A DNA stretch of 63,806 nucleotides, the filler included, from Octopus bimaculoides (lineage: Eukaryota), in the NCBI RefSeq assembly GCF_001194135.2. It is 7 parts of 7 records of this genome, joined end to end, with 100 filler letters (N's around TTAATTAATTAA, not from the genome) between each part and the next. Parts side by side here need not be neighbours in the genome. Positions count along the whole stretch, not along the records: positions 48,472 to 54,263 come from NC_068984.1; positions 54,364 to 58,119 come from NC_069009.1; positions 58,220 to 62,663 come from NW_026376540.1; positions 62,764 to 63,806 come from NW_026297018.1; 3 more parts are not named here. One strand, written 5' to 3'. The notes beneath the pieces are model-generated. The model ran no database searches and was not told where the DNA came from. It saw only the letters and a list, made by a program, of their open reading frames with translations. Positions 53,395 to 63,806 of this stretch are shown one piece after another. Position 1 is the first letter of the stretch. The number at the start of each line of letters is the position of its first letter. The position numbers and the translations under genes are program-made.

Positions 53395-54111
53395 NNNNNN
53401 NNNNNNNNNNNNNNNNNNNNNNNNNNNNNNNNNNNNNNNNNNNNNNNNNNNNNNNNNNNNNNNNNNNNNNNNNNNNNNNNNNNNNNNNNNNNNNNNNNNN
53501 NNNNNNNNNNNNNNNNNNNNNNNNNNNNNNNNNNNNNNNNNNNNNNNNNNNNNNNNNNNNNNNNNNNNNNNNNNNNNNNNNNNNNNNNNNNNNNNNNNNN
53601 NNNNNNNNNNNNNNNNNNNNNNNNNNNNNNNNNNNNNNNNNNNNNNNNNNNNNNNNNNNNNNNNNNNNNNNNNNNNNNNNNNNNNNNNNNNNNNNNNNNN
53701 NNNNNNNNNNNNNNNNNNNNNNNNNNNNNNNNNNNNNNNNNNNNNNNNNNNNNNNNNNNNNNNNNNNNNNNNNNNNNNNNNNNNNNNNNNNNNNNNNNNN
53801 NNNNNNNNNNNNNNNNNNNNNNNNNNNNNNNNNNNNNNNNNNNNNNNNNNNNNNNNNNNNNNNNNNNNNNNNNNTATATATATATTTATATACAGCGATA
53901 CAGGTTGCTAGGGTGCTTAAGTGTCAATTATTTGGCTTACCTAGCAATGAGATGTGACCAACGCCTTGTGACTTCGGTAATTGAGTAAAATTAAGGAAGT
54001 AATGTCATTATAGTTTCCACATATCTGAATCGGAAATATAACTTGCACTAGGAATCGAGTCGGCTCGTAGCACACGCATTACGAGTTTCACTTATCTATC
54101 TAGCTAGCTAT

Positions 54112-54164
<53 letters not shown>

Positions 54165-54232
54165 CATCTATCTATCTATCCATCTATCTATCCATCTATC
54201 CATCTATCTTACTATCTATATCTATCTATCTA

Positions 54233-54263
<31 letters not shown>

Positions 54264-54565
54264 NNNNNNNNNNNNNNNNNNNNNNNNNNNNNNNNNNNNN
54301 NNNNNNNTTAATTAATTAANNNNNNNNNNNNNNNNNNNNNNNNNNNNNNNNNNNNNNNNNNNNAGGAAGGGTTGTCTTGATGGTTCAACAATAGAGACTA
54401 TAGTGGCTTCTTTATAAACAGAAGGAAACAAGCACGACTCAAATGCATGCGTGTGTGGTGCATATATACATAAACACACACATATATATGTATATATACA
54501 CACATATATATATATGAATGAATATGTACATATATATCTGAATATATACAGATATATATATATAT

Positions 54566-54597
<32 letters not shown>

Positions 54598-54792
54598 TGC
54601 TTAATGTCAGCTCTCCAAGCAGGCATGGGTTGAACACGGTTTGACCGAGAGCTGGTAAGCCTGGAGGGCTGCATCAGGCCCCAGTCTCTGATTTGGCAAG
54701 GCTTCTGAAAGGCTGGATGCCCTTCCTAATACCAATCACTCCGAGAAGCAACACTGGTATCGGCCACACTTGAATGGTGCATATATACATAC

Positions 54793-54830
<38 letters not shown>

Positions 54831-55070
54831 CGTTGCCAGTACCGCCTGACTGGCCTTCGTGCGGGTGGCACGTAAAAGGCACCCACTACACTCTCTGAGT
54901 GGTTGGCGTTAAGAAGGGCATCCAGCTGTAGAAACTCTGCCAGATCAGATTGGAGTCTGGCGTAGCCACCTGGTTCACCAGTCCCCAGACAAATCGTCCA
55001 ACCCATGCTAGCATGGAAAGCGGACGTTAAACGACGATGATGATTATGATGACGTGCCAATATTTGAAAC

Positions 55071-55106
<36 letters not shown>

Positions 55107-55554
55107 TATCATTATTATTATTATTATTGTTGTTAAGGCGGTGAGCTGGCAGAATCCTTAGCATGTCAGGCAGAATGTTTTATTTGAGATTTCTGAGCCA
55201 CTTCTTGATACCTGATCCAAATAAATATTCACAAAAACGTCGATAAACCATGATTGTATCAGATCATGTTGGTCTTTTGGACAGGTCATATATTTCAACC
55301 CTTACTTGCGTGTCTATTTGTTTGTCTTCCTCTGTCTGTTTGCTTTAGATGGCTATCTCTGTCTGTATCTGTCTGACTGTCTATGTATGTATGCACATAT
55401 ATGTATGTATGTAGCTCGAAACGTTAAAGACTTTCTCTATTCCCGAGCGTTAAACTAATACATCCTTTTGTTGTTTACACCACCTGTCCTCATCTGTTGT
55501 TTTTTTTTTCATAAATTCTCCCATATATTAGTATATATATATATNNNNNNNNNN

Positions 55555-55605
<51 letters not shown>

Positions 55606-55846
55606 AATAGCCAGCTGGAGGAGGTGTCCTCCTGGGGCTACAAGCTACAGTAGCATCCACCCTTAGTGTTTAGCCGTATTTAAGTGGCAAATATACTTCA
55701 CGTTGTCGTGTATCTACTGTTTATACCTCGTTCAGAGATTTATCATTGCTTGTTTATGCATTTTCGAGATCAGTGACTTTTCATCACTGGAAAAAAGATA
55801 TATGTATTTGCATTGGGACCCCTTTGCATCGGTGACCAGTGATTGT

Positions 55847-55891
55847 CGTGCACTGATGACGGGTAATTACCTAGAAACCCGGGTCCGTGCG
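55847..55891 (+). ncRNA. Minimal type I hammerhead ribozyme motif with palindromic stem III
   Basis: CGUGCA-CUGAUGA-C-GGGU(AAUU)ACCU-A-GAAA-C(CCGG)G-UC-CGUGCG; core intact, with A-C mismatches at the base of stems I and II. Confidence 0.7.
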
Positions 55892-56009
55892 TATTATGTC
55901 AGGTCAAAGATGGGAAGGATGGCTGGCTTCCTGGGGTTGATTTGCTCAACTAAAGGCGGTGCTCCAGCATGGCCACAGTCAAATGACTGAAACAAGTAAA
56001 AGAGTCATG

Positions 56010-56555
56010 TTTGTTTATCCATGGATAAGATATCTCAAGAACGGTCAGGTTCATTTTTAGTATTGTCGTTTGTGAGAACAGTTGAGTTTATTTCAGATAT
56101 TCTCATTTTAAAAATCATCTCTGGCTAATCGTTGAGAGGATGTTGGTGTTGCTTTGGCGGAGATTTACACTCTGAGTGCTCTTATTATTATTATTATTAT
56201 TCCTTCCGCCTTAGCGAAGTGGAGGTGTTTTTTTTAGTCGTGTTTGTTTGTTTGTTTGTCCATGGACAAGATATCTCAAGAACCGCGGGATGGATTTGGA
56301 TGAAACTTTCAGGGATGTTTGGCCTTGTGAGTGGCACCAACTGATTAAATTTTGGGATCAATCCGGTGCCGGACAAGGATTCTGGATTATTTTTCCTGTT
56401 TCTTTTTTTTTTACTTAATTTTTAGTATTCTAGTTTGTGAGAGAAGTCAAATTTATTTCAGATATTCTCATTTTAAAAATCATCTCTGGCTAATTATTGA
56501 GAGGATGTTGGTGTTGCCTTGGTGGAGATTTGCGCTCCCTGGGTGATCTTGTTAG
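56010..56555 (+). mobile_element. Two adjacent Helentron-type non-autonomous elements (HINE/DINE-1-like): 56010-56185 partial and 56190-56555
   Basis: 5' CTTCCGCCTTAGCGAAGTGGAGG subterminal hairpin, (GTTT)n, GGATTTGGATGAAACTTTCAGG; 3' GCCTTGG.GGAGATTTGCGCTC, typical of HINEs; duplicated 3' block. Confidence 0.7.
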
Positions 56556-56569
56556 TGTTGTTTCCAAGG

Positions 56570-56782
56570 TGATCTGGCAGAATCGTTAGCATGCCACGTG
56601 AAATGCTTAGCAGTATTTTATCTGCCTTGACATTCTGAGTTCAAACCCCACTAAATTCCACTTTGCCTTTCATCCTTTTCAGGGTCGATAAATTAAGTAC
56701 CAGTGAAACACTGGGGTTCGATGTAATTGACTATCCCCGTCCCCAAATTTCAGGCCTTGTGCCTATGGTAGAAAGGATCATT
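56570..56782 (+). mobile_element. Family C SINE ending about 35 nt before the SphK exon acceptor
   Basis: Family C head and body; tail AGAAAGGATCATT runs directly into the polypyrimidine tract. Confidence 0.85.
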
Positions 56783-56819
56783 AATGTTTCCCTTTTTTTT
56801 TTGTTTTTTTGCTTTGCAG

Positions 56820-56914
56820 ACCATGCAGGCCATGCTCAGAAGATAGTACAAACCCTTGACATTTCTCGATGGTATGGCATCGTGATAGTTGCAGGAGATG
56901 GGCTGATATTTGAG
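56820..56914 (+). CDS. SphK: Internal exon of sphingosine kinase (DAGK catalytic domain), phase 1/0
   Basis: Strong acceptor TTTTTTTGCTTTGCAG and donor GAG/GTAAGC; peptide (D)HAGHAQKIVQTLDISRWYGIVIVAGDGLIFE aligns with the SphK T-E-R-x-N-H-A..W-D-x-I-V-x-x-S-G-D-G-L-x-x-E motif. CERK or AGK is less likely but not excluded. Confidence 0.88.
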
Positions 56915-56999
56915 GTAAGCTACATTTTATTCATTAACTTTGGTAGATCTGCATCTCGTTAAATGATAGTCAAATTGTTTAAAGCTCAGGTCAGTCTTA

Positions 57000-57598
57000 A
57001 TTGAGCACACCTGTGATCAAGAATGTTCTACCTGTGTCCATCAGCCCACTTATGCGTACCTTTCTTTCGTTGGACACTAAATTGAAATCGAACAAAATTC
57101 GACGACTGGCCCCCATGCCAACGTCTCCTCCATTGGACACTAAACTTTGCTTGCGAAGACCTGTTGGGGCAAATGAAAGTGAAATCGTGATGGCACCACC
57201 GTTCGAGCGTGATCGTTACCAGCGTCGCCTCCCTGGCACTTGTGCCGCAGCGTCGCCTTCCTGGTACTTGTGCCGGTGGCACATGAAAAGTCATTCGAGC
57301 AAGATCGTTGCCAGTCCCGCCGAACTGGCTCCTGTGTAGGTGGCACGTAAAATACACCAATTCGAGCGTGGCCGTTGCCAGTACCGCCTGACTGGCCCTT
57401 GTGCTGTGGCACGTAAAAGCACCCACTACACTCTCGGAGTGGTTGGCGTTAGGAAGGGCATCCAGCTGTAGAAACTCTGCCAAATCAGATTGGAGCCTGG
57501 TGTCGCCTCCTGGTCCACCAGTCCTCAGTCAAATCGTCCAACCCATGCTAGCATGGAAAGCGGACGTTAAACGACGACGATGATGATGATGATGATGA
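57000..57598 (+). mobile_element. RTE LINE long 3' UTR fragment with three ~65-bp internal units
   Basis: Repeated TTCGAGC..GTTGCCAGT..ACTGGC..GGTGGCAC.T.AAA units, then the shared terminus and (ATG)n. Confidence 0.85.
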
Positions 57599-57679
57599 AT
57601 TATTATTATTATTATTAATTTTTTCAAATATTATGGCTTGAAGTAGCAGCTGTAGTAACACTCGTAACAATAATAGTAT

Positions 57680-57732
57680 TGGTGATGGTGGTGGCGGTGG
57701 TGGTAGTAGCAGTGGTGCTAGTGGTGGTGATG

Positions 57733-57764
<32 letters not shown>

Positions 57765-57880
57765 TGTGGTAGTGGTGGTGGTGGTGGTGGTGGTAGTAGT
57801 GTTGGTGGTGGTGGTGGTAGTAGTAGTGGTGGTAGTAGTAGTAGTAGTAGTAGTGATAGTGGTGGTGGTAGTGGTGGTAA
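57680..57880. repeat. (GTG)n/(GTA)n triplet microsatellite
   Basis: Direct reading; explains the poly-V and poly-T track ORFs. Confidence 0.97.
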
Positions 57881-58072
57881 TAACCTTGATAATTCCCATT
57901 GTTCTCTCTGCTTGGTGAGTCATGGGTGGAATCACAAGGTATATATATATATGCTTCAAGTTTGTGAAGAACTGTGTTTGTTTACCAGATTTTGTGGTTG
58001 TTTGCTGGCAAAGTGACAAACACGCTTCCATCCCAAGATACACTTTGCCCATTAGCTTTAGTGCTCTTGAAC

Positions 58073-58119
<47 letters not shown>

Positions 58120-58789
58120 NNNNNNNNNNNNNNNNNNNNNNNNNNNNNNNNNNNNNNNNNNNNTTAATTAATTAANNNNNNNNNNNNNNNNNNNNNNNNN
58201 NNNNNNNNNNNNNNNNNNNATATATATATATATATATATGTGTGTGTATATATATATGTATAAATATCTAAATATATGTGTATTATGTTATGTGTATACA
58301 TACACACCATTGTGTGTATGAGGATGAAGTTGCGTGCACATATACATTTATATATATGTGAGAGTACTGTAGTTCGTTTGAAGCATTGTGTATTGTTTAT
58401 AAAAAATAAAGTGTCTTGAATGGCACAACAATGCACTATAATAACAACAATGGACTATAATAACTGTTATAAGTTAATCATCCATAGTCTGCTATAATTT
58501 TTCGGAATATAAAAATTCCTTAGGAATTGATCGAGTCATTGCTATAACCAGATTTCCAACGGTTTTTTCTTTCTGGAAGCATCTCTGCAATGGTCTCACA
58601 AAGCTCCTTCCGGAATTCCCCATGAGAAGTACGTGAGGGCAGTCATGTCTCAAGCTCGTGTGTGTTGGCACATCCGTAGCACTGCTTCTAAGTTATGTAT
58701 TATACGTACAGTTTCCATTGTTTTTGTCTCCTTTCTTTTTTTTTTTTTTATAAATAATACATGAGCATGTTATCAAAAATGAACCTACA

Positions 58790-59410
58790 TGCATCCGGAT
58801 GTAGCTAAATAATATATTGACTGCCAACCTCCAGTCTGTTGTTAATTTGGAGCCCTAGTCTGTGTATGAGGATAGCTTCCTTAATTCTTAGATTTCCCAA
58901 ATTTCTTTCGTTGGCCTCAATTGTGACTGTTTTGCTTTTGTCAGTGTTCCAGCATCTGTCTAGATGTTTTCTGAAGGAGGAGGTTCTCGTGTTCAGATGG
59001 TCTTTGATGCAAATGTGTAATGGTCTTGTTGTGCTACCCACATAGAACTTGTTGCATTTATTACATTGTATTCTATACACAACATTTACCCATTGGCATA
59101 AATCTGTGTCATGGATGGGACAGTTTGCTAGTGTGCATTGATTGCTCTCCCTTGCTCATTTCTTTGCGAGGTGTCTTCTCAGGAGGAGCCAGAGTGGGCT
59201 AGTTGTATGTCTAGTCCTTCTCTTCTTATGGCTTTTCGGATGGCTGTAGTTACCCTCTCGCTAAAATGGGGTATTTTAAGGAAGCATGTGTTGCTGGGTT
59301 TTCTGTGTTTGGCATGTTGGTCGTCTTGGGTACTTAAGCCAATTTACAATGGATATGGGATACCTGTTGGTTTTCAAGAAGGAATATTATGTCAGGCTGG
59401 ATGATTAAAT
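58790..59410 (-). mobile_element. Penelope-like element 3' fragment (GIY-YIG)
   Basis: LKIPHFSERVTTAIRKAIRREGL..YRIQCNKCNKFYVGSTTRPLHICIKDH..FRKHL..NLRIKEAILI..INNR. Confidence 0.88.
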
Positions 59411-59743
59411 TATAACAGTTATTATAATCCATTGTTGTTATTATGGTGCATTGTTGTGCCATTCAAGACACTTTATTTTCTATATGTATATATATATTTA
59501 CATGTGTGTGTGTGTGTTGATATGTGTGTATGTATGTGTACGTACATACACCTATATGTTTGTGTATGTGCATGTGCGTATACATGTTTGTGTGAGTGTG
59601 TATGTAGACATTATGAACACAGGAGGTTTATGCCTATGTATTGTGAGACTGTGGTTGCTTGTATTTTTTTTCTTTTTCTTTTTTTACCTATTAGAGTAAC
59701 TTCCCTTTTATTCAACAGTTTTTCATAGCATCTATTGCCATTA

Positions 59744-59802
59744 ATAGCTGACGAGAATGCATTGTAGCTCTTCGCTCCGACATTTGAAACTCTGAGTACT
59801 AT
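59744..59802 (+). ncRNA. Type I hammerhead ribozyme with canonical core
   Basis: AUAG-CUGACGA-GAAUG(21 nt)CAUUU-GAAA-CU(CUG)AG-UA-CUAU; predicted cleavage 3' of A59798. Confidence 0.8.
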
Positions 59803-59859
59803 AATGATAATTTACTGTTTGTTCTAAATTATTACACACACATATACTGAAATAGTGTA

Positions 59860-60035
59860 AGAGATAAGGGCTCGCATTAGGCAAAAAGTTGAAAATTTTT
59901 TGGGCCCATGACACTACATGGACCCTAAGTAAGGCATGTGTAAAATTTGAATGAAATCAGTTGGGTAGTTCTCAAGTTCTAGTGATGCACACACACACAC
60001 ACACACATTCTCAGTTTTATGTGTGTATATATATA
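59860..60035 (+). mobile_element. DINE-1/HINE-like 3' fragment
   Basis: AAAATTTGAATGAAATC.GTTGGGTAGTTCTC.AGTT..(CA)n..TTTTAT, typical of Helentron derivatives. Confidence 0.5.
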
Positions 60036-60440
60036 TTTCAAAAAAATAATAATTTTTCCTATCGTCTTGGCATAACAGCCCTTATTGTTTGTTTTTACTG
60101 TCTTGTTCTTGTTAACACTTTCACCCTCTGCAAAAAATTCCAAATTTCATTTAATTTGCTTTGCAGGAAGGACTGTTCCAACGAAGTTGTGTATTGTCCT
60201 TGCCTTCGAAACGTGGAGTAGATGGAACAGGGACAACTGATGAAGGGAAATATTCTTTATGTTGCATGTCTCATCTCTGTTTCTTTTTCATTGTCCAAAA
60301 AAAAGTTCGTTTTCTGTTTTCGTTTCTCATTGTGTTTAACGTTTTTTTGATGTCCTGTACCCATATATGCATGTATGTATACATATAGATGTAGGTATGT
60401 ACATATATGTATGGATATATGCATATATTTATATATTATT

Positions 60441-60476
<36 letters not shown>

Positions 60477-60870
60477 TTTTATCAATTCATTTTGCAAGAT
60501 TCCTGATATGAAATTGTGTGTTGAAACAGATATTGTTGTATTTTGGGATTGTCATTTTATCTATTATTTTTTTTTTTTTGCCACATAAACACATTCTCTA
60601 TATTTTTTCTTCACTTGTTTATTATTGTTATTTTTTTTTCTTTAACGCCTGTCCATCGTCTGGAAATCTTTTGTCACATATCTGTGACCTCTTGAGTGAT
60701 GCTTTTCATTTCCATGTGTGTTCTTGCTCCACTTAAAAAAAGAAATAACTAATTAACAAGTGAAGAAAAAAATGTAGTGCGTGTGCTTATTTGGCAAAAA
60801 AAAATTATAAATAAATAAATAAAATGACCATCCCGAAATACAACAATATATATATATATGTACGTATGTT

Positions 60871-60907
<37 letters not shown>

Positions 60908-61241
60908 GCGGGTGGCACATAAAAGACACCATTTCGAGCGTGGCCGTTGCCAGTATCGCCTGACTGGCCTTCGTGCAGGTGACACGTAAAAGCACCTACT
61001 ACACTCTCTGAGTGGTTGGCGTTAGGAAGGGCATCCAGCTGTAGAAACTCTGCCAAATTTAGATTGGAGCCTGGTGTTGCCATCCGGTTTCACCAGTCCT
61101 CAGTCAAGTCGTCCAACCCATGCTAGCATGGAAAGCGGACGTTAAACGATGATGATGATGATGATACATATGTATATATATATATGTATATATTTACATG
61201 TTTGTAGGTATATACCTGTTTGTGTGTGTGTATATACATAA

Positions 61242-61285
<44 letters not shown>

Positions 61286-61679
61286 GTAATAATAAAATAG
61301 GAAAATGGAAATCTTTTGATATTATTTACACATTAATAGTTTCTAATCTGAAAATTTTTTATATGCATATCCCACATGTAAATCTTTGTGATTCCTATTA
61401 GTAAATGAAACATGTGTGATGGAGAATAAACAATGCCAAATGATTTCCATTTTTCTATTTCATTGTAAATCAGCTCTGCAAATAGTTTTTTCATTATTCT
61501 CAATTTTAATATGCATTTTGACTCTCTCCCTTTCTCTTTCTCTGACACACAAAGACATACACACTCATGTATATCTATACATATATATAGATATATATAT
61601 AGTAGTATAAATGTCGCATGTATGTAAGTATGTATGCATATATACATTTATATATAGAGATACATATATGTATATACAG

Positions 61680-62600
61680 AGCCAAGGATAAGCTTCTGTA
61701 CCTGGCTTTCGTTGACATGGAGAAAACCTTTGACAGGGTCCCCTGATCCCTTATCTGGTGGTCAATGAGGAAACTTGGGATAGAAGTATGGTTAGTGAGA
61801 GCTGTGCGAGCCATGTACAGAGATGCTGTCAGTAAGGTGAGGGTTGGAAATGAGTACAGTAATGAATTCCGGGTAGTGATAGGGGTCCACCAAGGTTCCG
61901 TCCTCAGCCCCCTCCTATTTATCATAGTCCTCCAGGCGATCACCGAGGAATTCAAGACAGGTTACCCCTGGGAGCTCCTCTATGCTGATGACCTTGCACT
62001 AGTTGTGGAGTCACTATCAGAACTAGAGGAGAAGTTTCAGGTGTGGAAGCAAGGACTAGAATCGAAGGGCCTTAGAGTCAACCTNNNNNNNNNNNNNNNN
62101 NNNNNNNNNNNNNNNNNNNNNNNNNNNNNNNNNNNNNNNNNNNNNNNNNNNNNNNNNNNNNNNNNNNNNNNNNNNNNNNNNNNNNNNNNNNNNNNNNNNN
62201 NNNNNNNNNNNNNNNNNNNNNNNNNNNNNNNNNNNNNNNNNNNNNNNNNNNNNNNNNNNNNNNNNNNNNNNNNNNNNNNNNNNNNNNNNNNNNNNNNNNN
62301 NNNNNNNNNNNNNNNNNNNNNNNNNNNNNNNNNNNNNNNNNNNNNNNNNNNNNNNNNNNNNNNNNNNNNNNNNNNNNNNNNNNNNNNNNNNNNNNNNNNN
62401 NNNNNNNNNNNNNNNNNNNNNNNNNNNNNNNNNNNNNNNNNNNNNNNNNNNNNNNNNNNNNNNNNNNNNNNNNNNNNNATGACTACTGACTGAGACCTTT
62501 GGAAATGTGCTGTGCGTGAGAAGACCCGGCAAGCCAAGTGAGATCGTTGCCAGTGCCCCTGGACTGGCTCTTGTGCGTGTGGCACATAAGATGCACCATA
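61680..62600 (+). mobile_element. RTE LINE reverse transcriptase fragment spanning an N gap
   Basis: LAFVDMEKTFDRVP*..GVHQGSVLSPLLFIIVL..LLYADDLAL..GLRVN; after the gap DLWKCAVREKTRQAK* and the 3' UTR. Confidence 0.93.
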
Positions 62601-62763
62601 TATATATATATACACACTCATACTTCCACATTTATACATATGCACATACGTACCCACGCATATNNNNNNNNNNNNNNNNNNNNNNNNNNNNNNNNNNNNN
62701 NNNNNNNTTAATTAATTAANNNNNNNNNNNNNNNNNNNNNNNNNNNNNNNNNNNNNNNNNNNN

Positions 62764-62810
62764 ATGACCGCGAGTCCGCTGCCCTAACCACTGGGCCACT
62801 GCGCCTCCAC
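62764..62810 (-). mobile_element. tRNA-derived SINE head (same type as 782-1087), truncated by a gap
   Basis: Reverse complement GTGGAGGCGCAGTGGCCCAGTGGTTAGGGCAGCGGACTCGCGGTCAT. Confidence 0.7.
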
Positions 62811-63099
62811 TGTTGTGGATTATAGTAAGATAAAATTATGACAATAACAACACATCTCATAGTTGTAAAATAAAGCATTTGATTATATACTACATAGTAT
62901 ATATCTAGTTTAGCCCAGCAGTGGTCTGGTCTAGGGCCGGTCCTGTGAATGCGAACCTTCTCCAGCATTCACTAGACGTCCTAGGAGGGCCAATACACCT
63001 CCCTACCGCATTTAAGCAGATTAAAATGAATCTTCGGCTACCATGATTAATCCTGGAATGAACCCTGAATTTTGTTTATCGTTGCCTTCTCTAGACCGG

Positions 63100-63545
63100 T
63101 GGGGTTTGAACTCTGAATGTAGAGAGCCGGAAGCTATACCGCAAAGGATCTCTGCCGACGCGCTACCGATTTCGCCAGTCTATCAACCGCAAGTGAATAA
63201 TCCTTTCTATTATAGACACAAGGCCTGAAATTTGGGGGAGGGTGATAGTCGATTACATCGACCCCAGTACTCGACTGGTATTTAATTTATCGACCCCCGA
63301 AAGGATGAAAGGCACCCTGTCTTTTATCCAGACATAGTGTATCTAGGACTACACTATCTAATGTGTCCTTCCTTGTTAATGCTGTTTAGCCCCAGGTCAT
63401 TCCTGATCCAGCAGACCTATGATCAAAGAAGTTCCAACCGTGACCAACCTGTCTTGTATACAGACAGTGTATCTAGGACTACATTATCTAATGTGTCCTT
63501 CCTTGTTGTTGTTGTTGAACCCTAGGTCAGACCTGACCCGGAAGA
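63100..63545. mobile_element. Family C SINE pieces (-) followed by a tandemly duplicated family E repeat
   Basis: AGGCACAAGGCCTGAAATTTGGGG..GTCGATTACATCGACCCCAG; GTGTATCTAGGACTACA.TATCTAATGTGTCCTTCCTTGTT occurs twice (near 63338 and 63467). Confidence 0.75.
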
Positions 63546-63806
63546 CCCAGGATCAGAGATAATGGGGACATCTGTCACATCCACTCTCGTCGTCCTCTTC
63601 CTACTCCCCCTCGCCTCATCGGATGACAAATGCTTTAAGTAATTGTCTTCAATGTTAATAGTTGCGTGGGACAGAGACGGAGTTATATTGACTTAAGTTT
63701 GAGTGTGTATACGTGTATGTGTGTGAATGTGTGTGCGTTTGTGTGTGTGTATGTTTGGGCGACACTGTGTGTGTATGTGTATGTGTGTGTGTGTGTGTCT
63801 GTGTGT

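Noticed and set aside
60167-60388. TTGCAG followed by an open frame, a candidate next SphK exon
   Set aside because: The peptide lacks the expected V.NGL..R.DW motif, and the sequence looks like a PLE-derived repeat.

Overview
Repeat-dense, AT-rich eukaryotic genomic DNA with many N gaps. The SINE/LINE families and microsatellite load point to an octopus (coleoid cephalopod); this is my recognition, not a database result. Only two host coding exons are supportable, both on +: a 435-nt exon for a synaptotagmin-type C2A domain with a degenerate Ca2+-ligand set (19197-19631) and a 95-nt sphingosine-kinase DAGKc exon (56820-56914). Their neighbouring exons were not found, and six TTAATTAATTAA linkers inside N runs mark probable scaffold joins, so gene continuity is uncertain. 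The rest is transposon debris: several tRNA-derived SINE families, RTE, R4/Dong and CRE-type LINE fragments, at least five Penelope-like (PLE) fragments, maT, two mariners, a hAT remnant and Helentron-type non-autonomous elements. Almost all track ORFs are microsatellite, N or TE artefacts. Best leads are RNA-structural: (1) hammerhead-ribozyme motifs, including one with a fully canonical core at 59744-59802, clustered in sense orientation around the SphK exon; (2) two unrelated long foldback hairpins whose arm differences are mostly G-U compatible on the + strand; (3) a 56-bp hairpin-unit tandem array at the 3' end of an R4/Dong fragment; (4) non-coding and R4-type elements apparently targeted to (TAA)n and (TACA)n microsatellites. 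I found no convincing novel protein-coding system. All folds were paired by eye, TE boundaries are approximate, and no searches were run.
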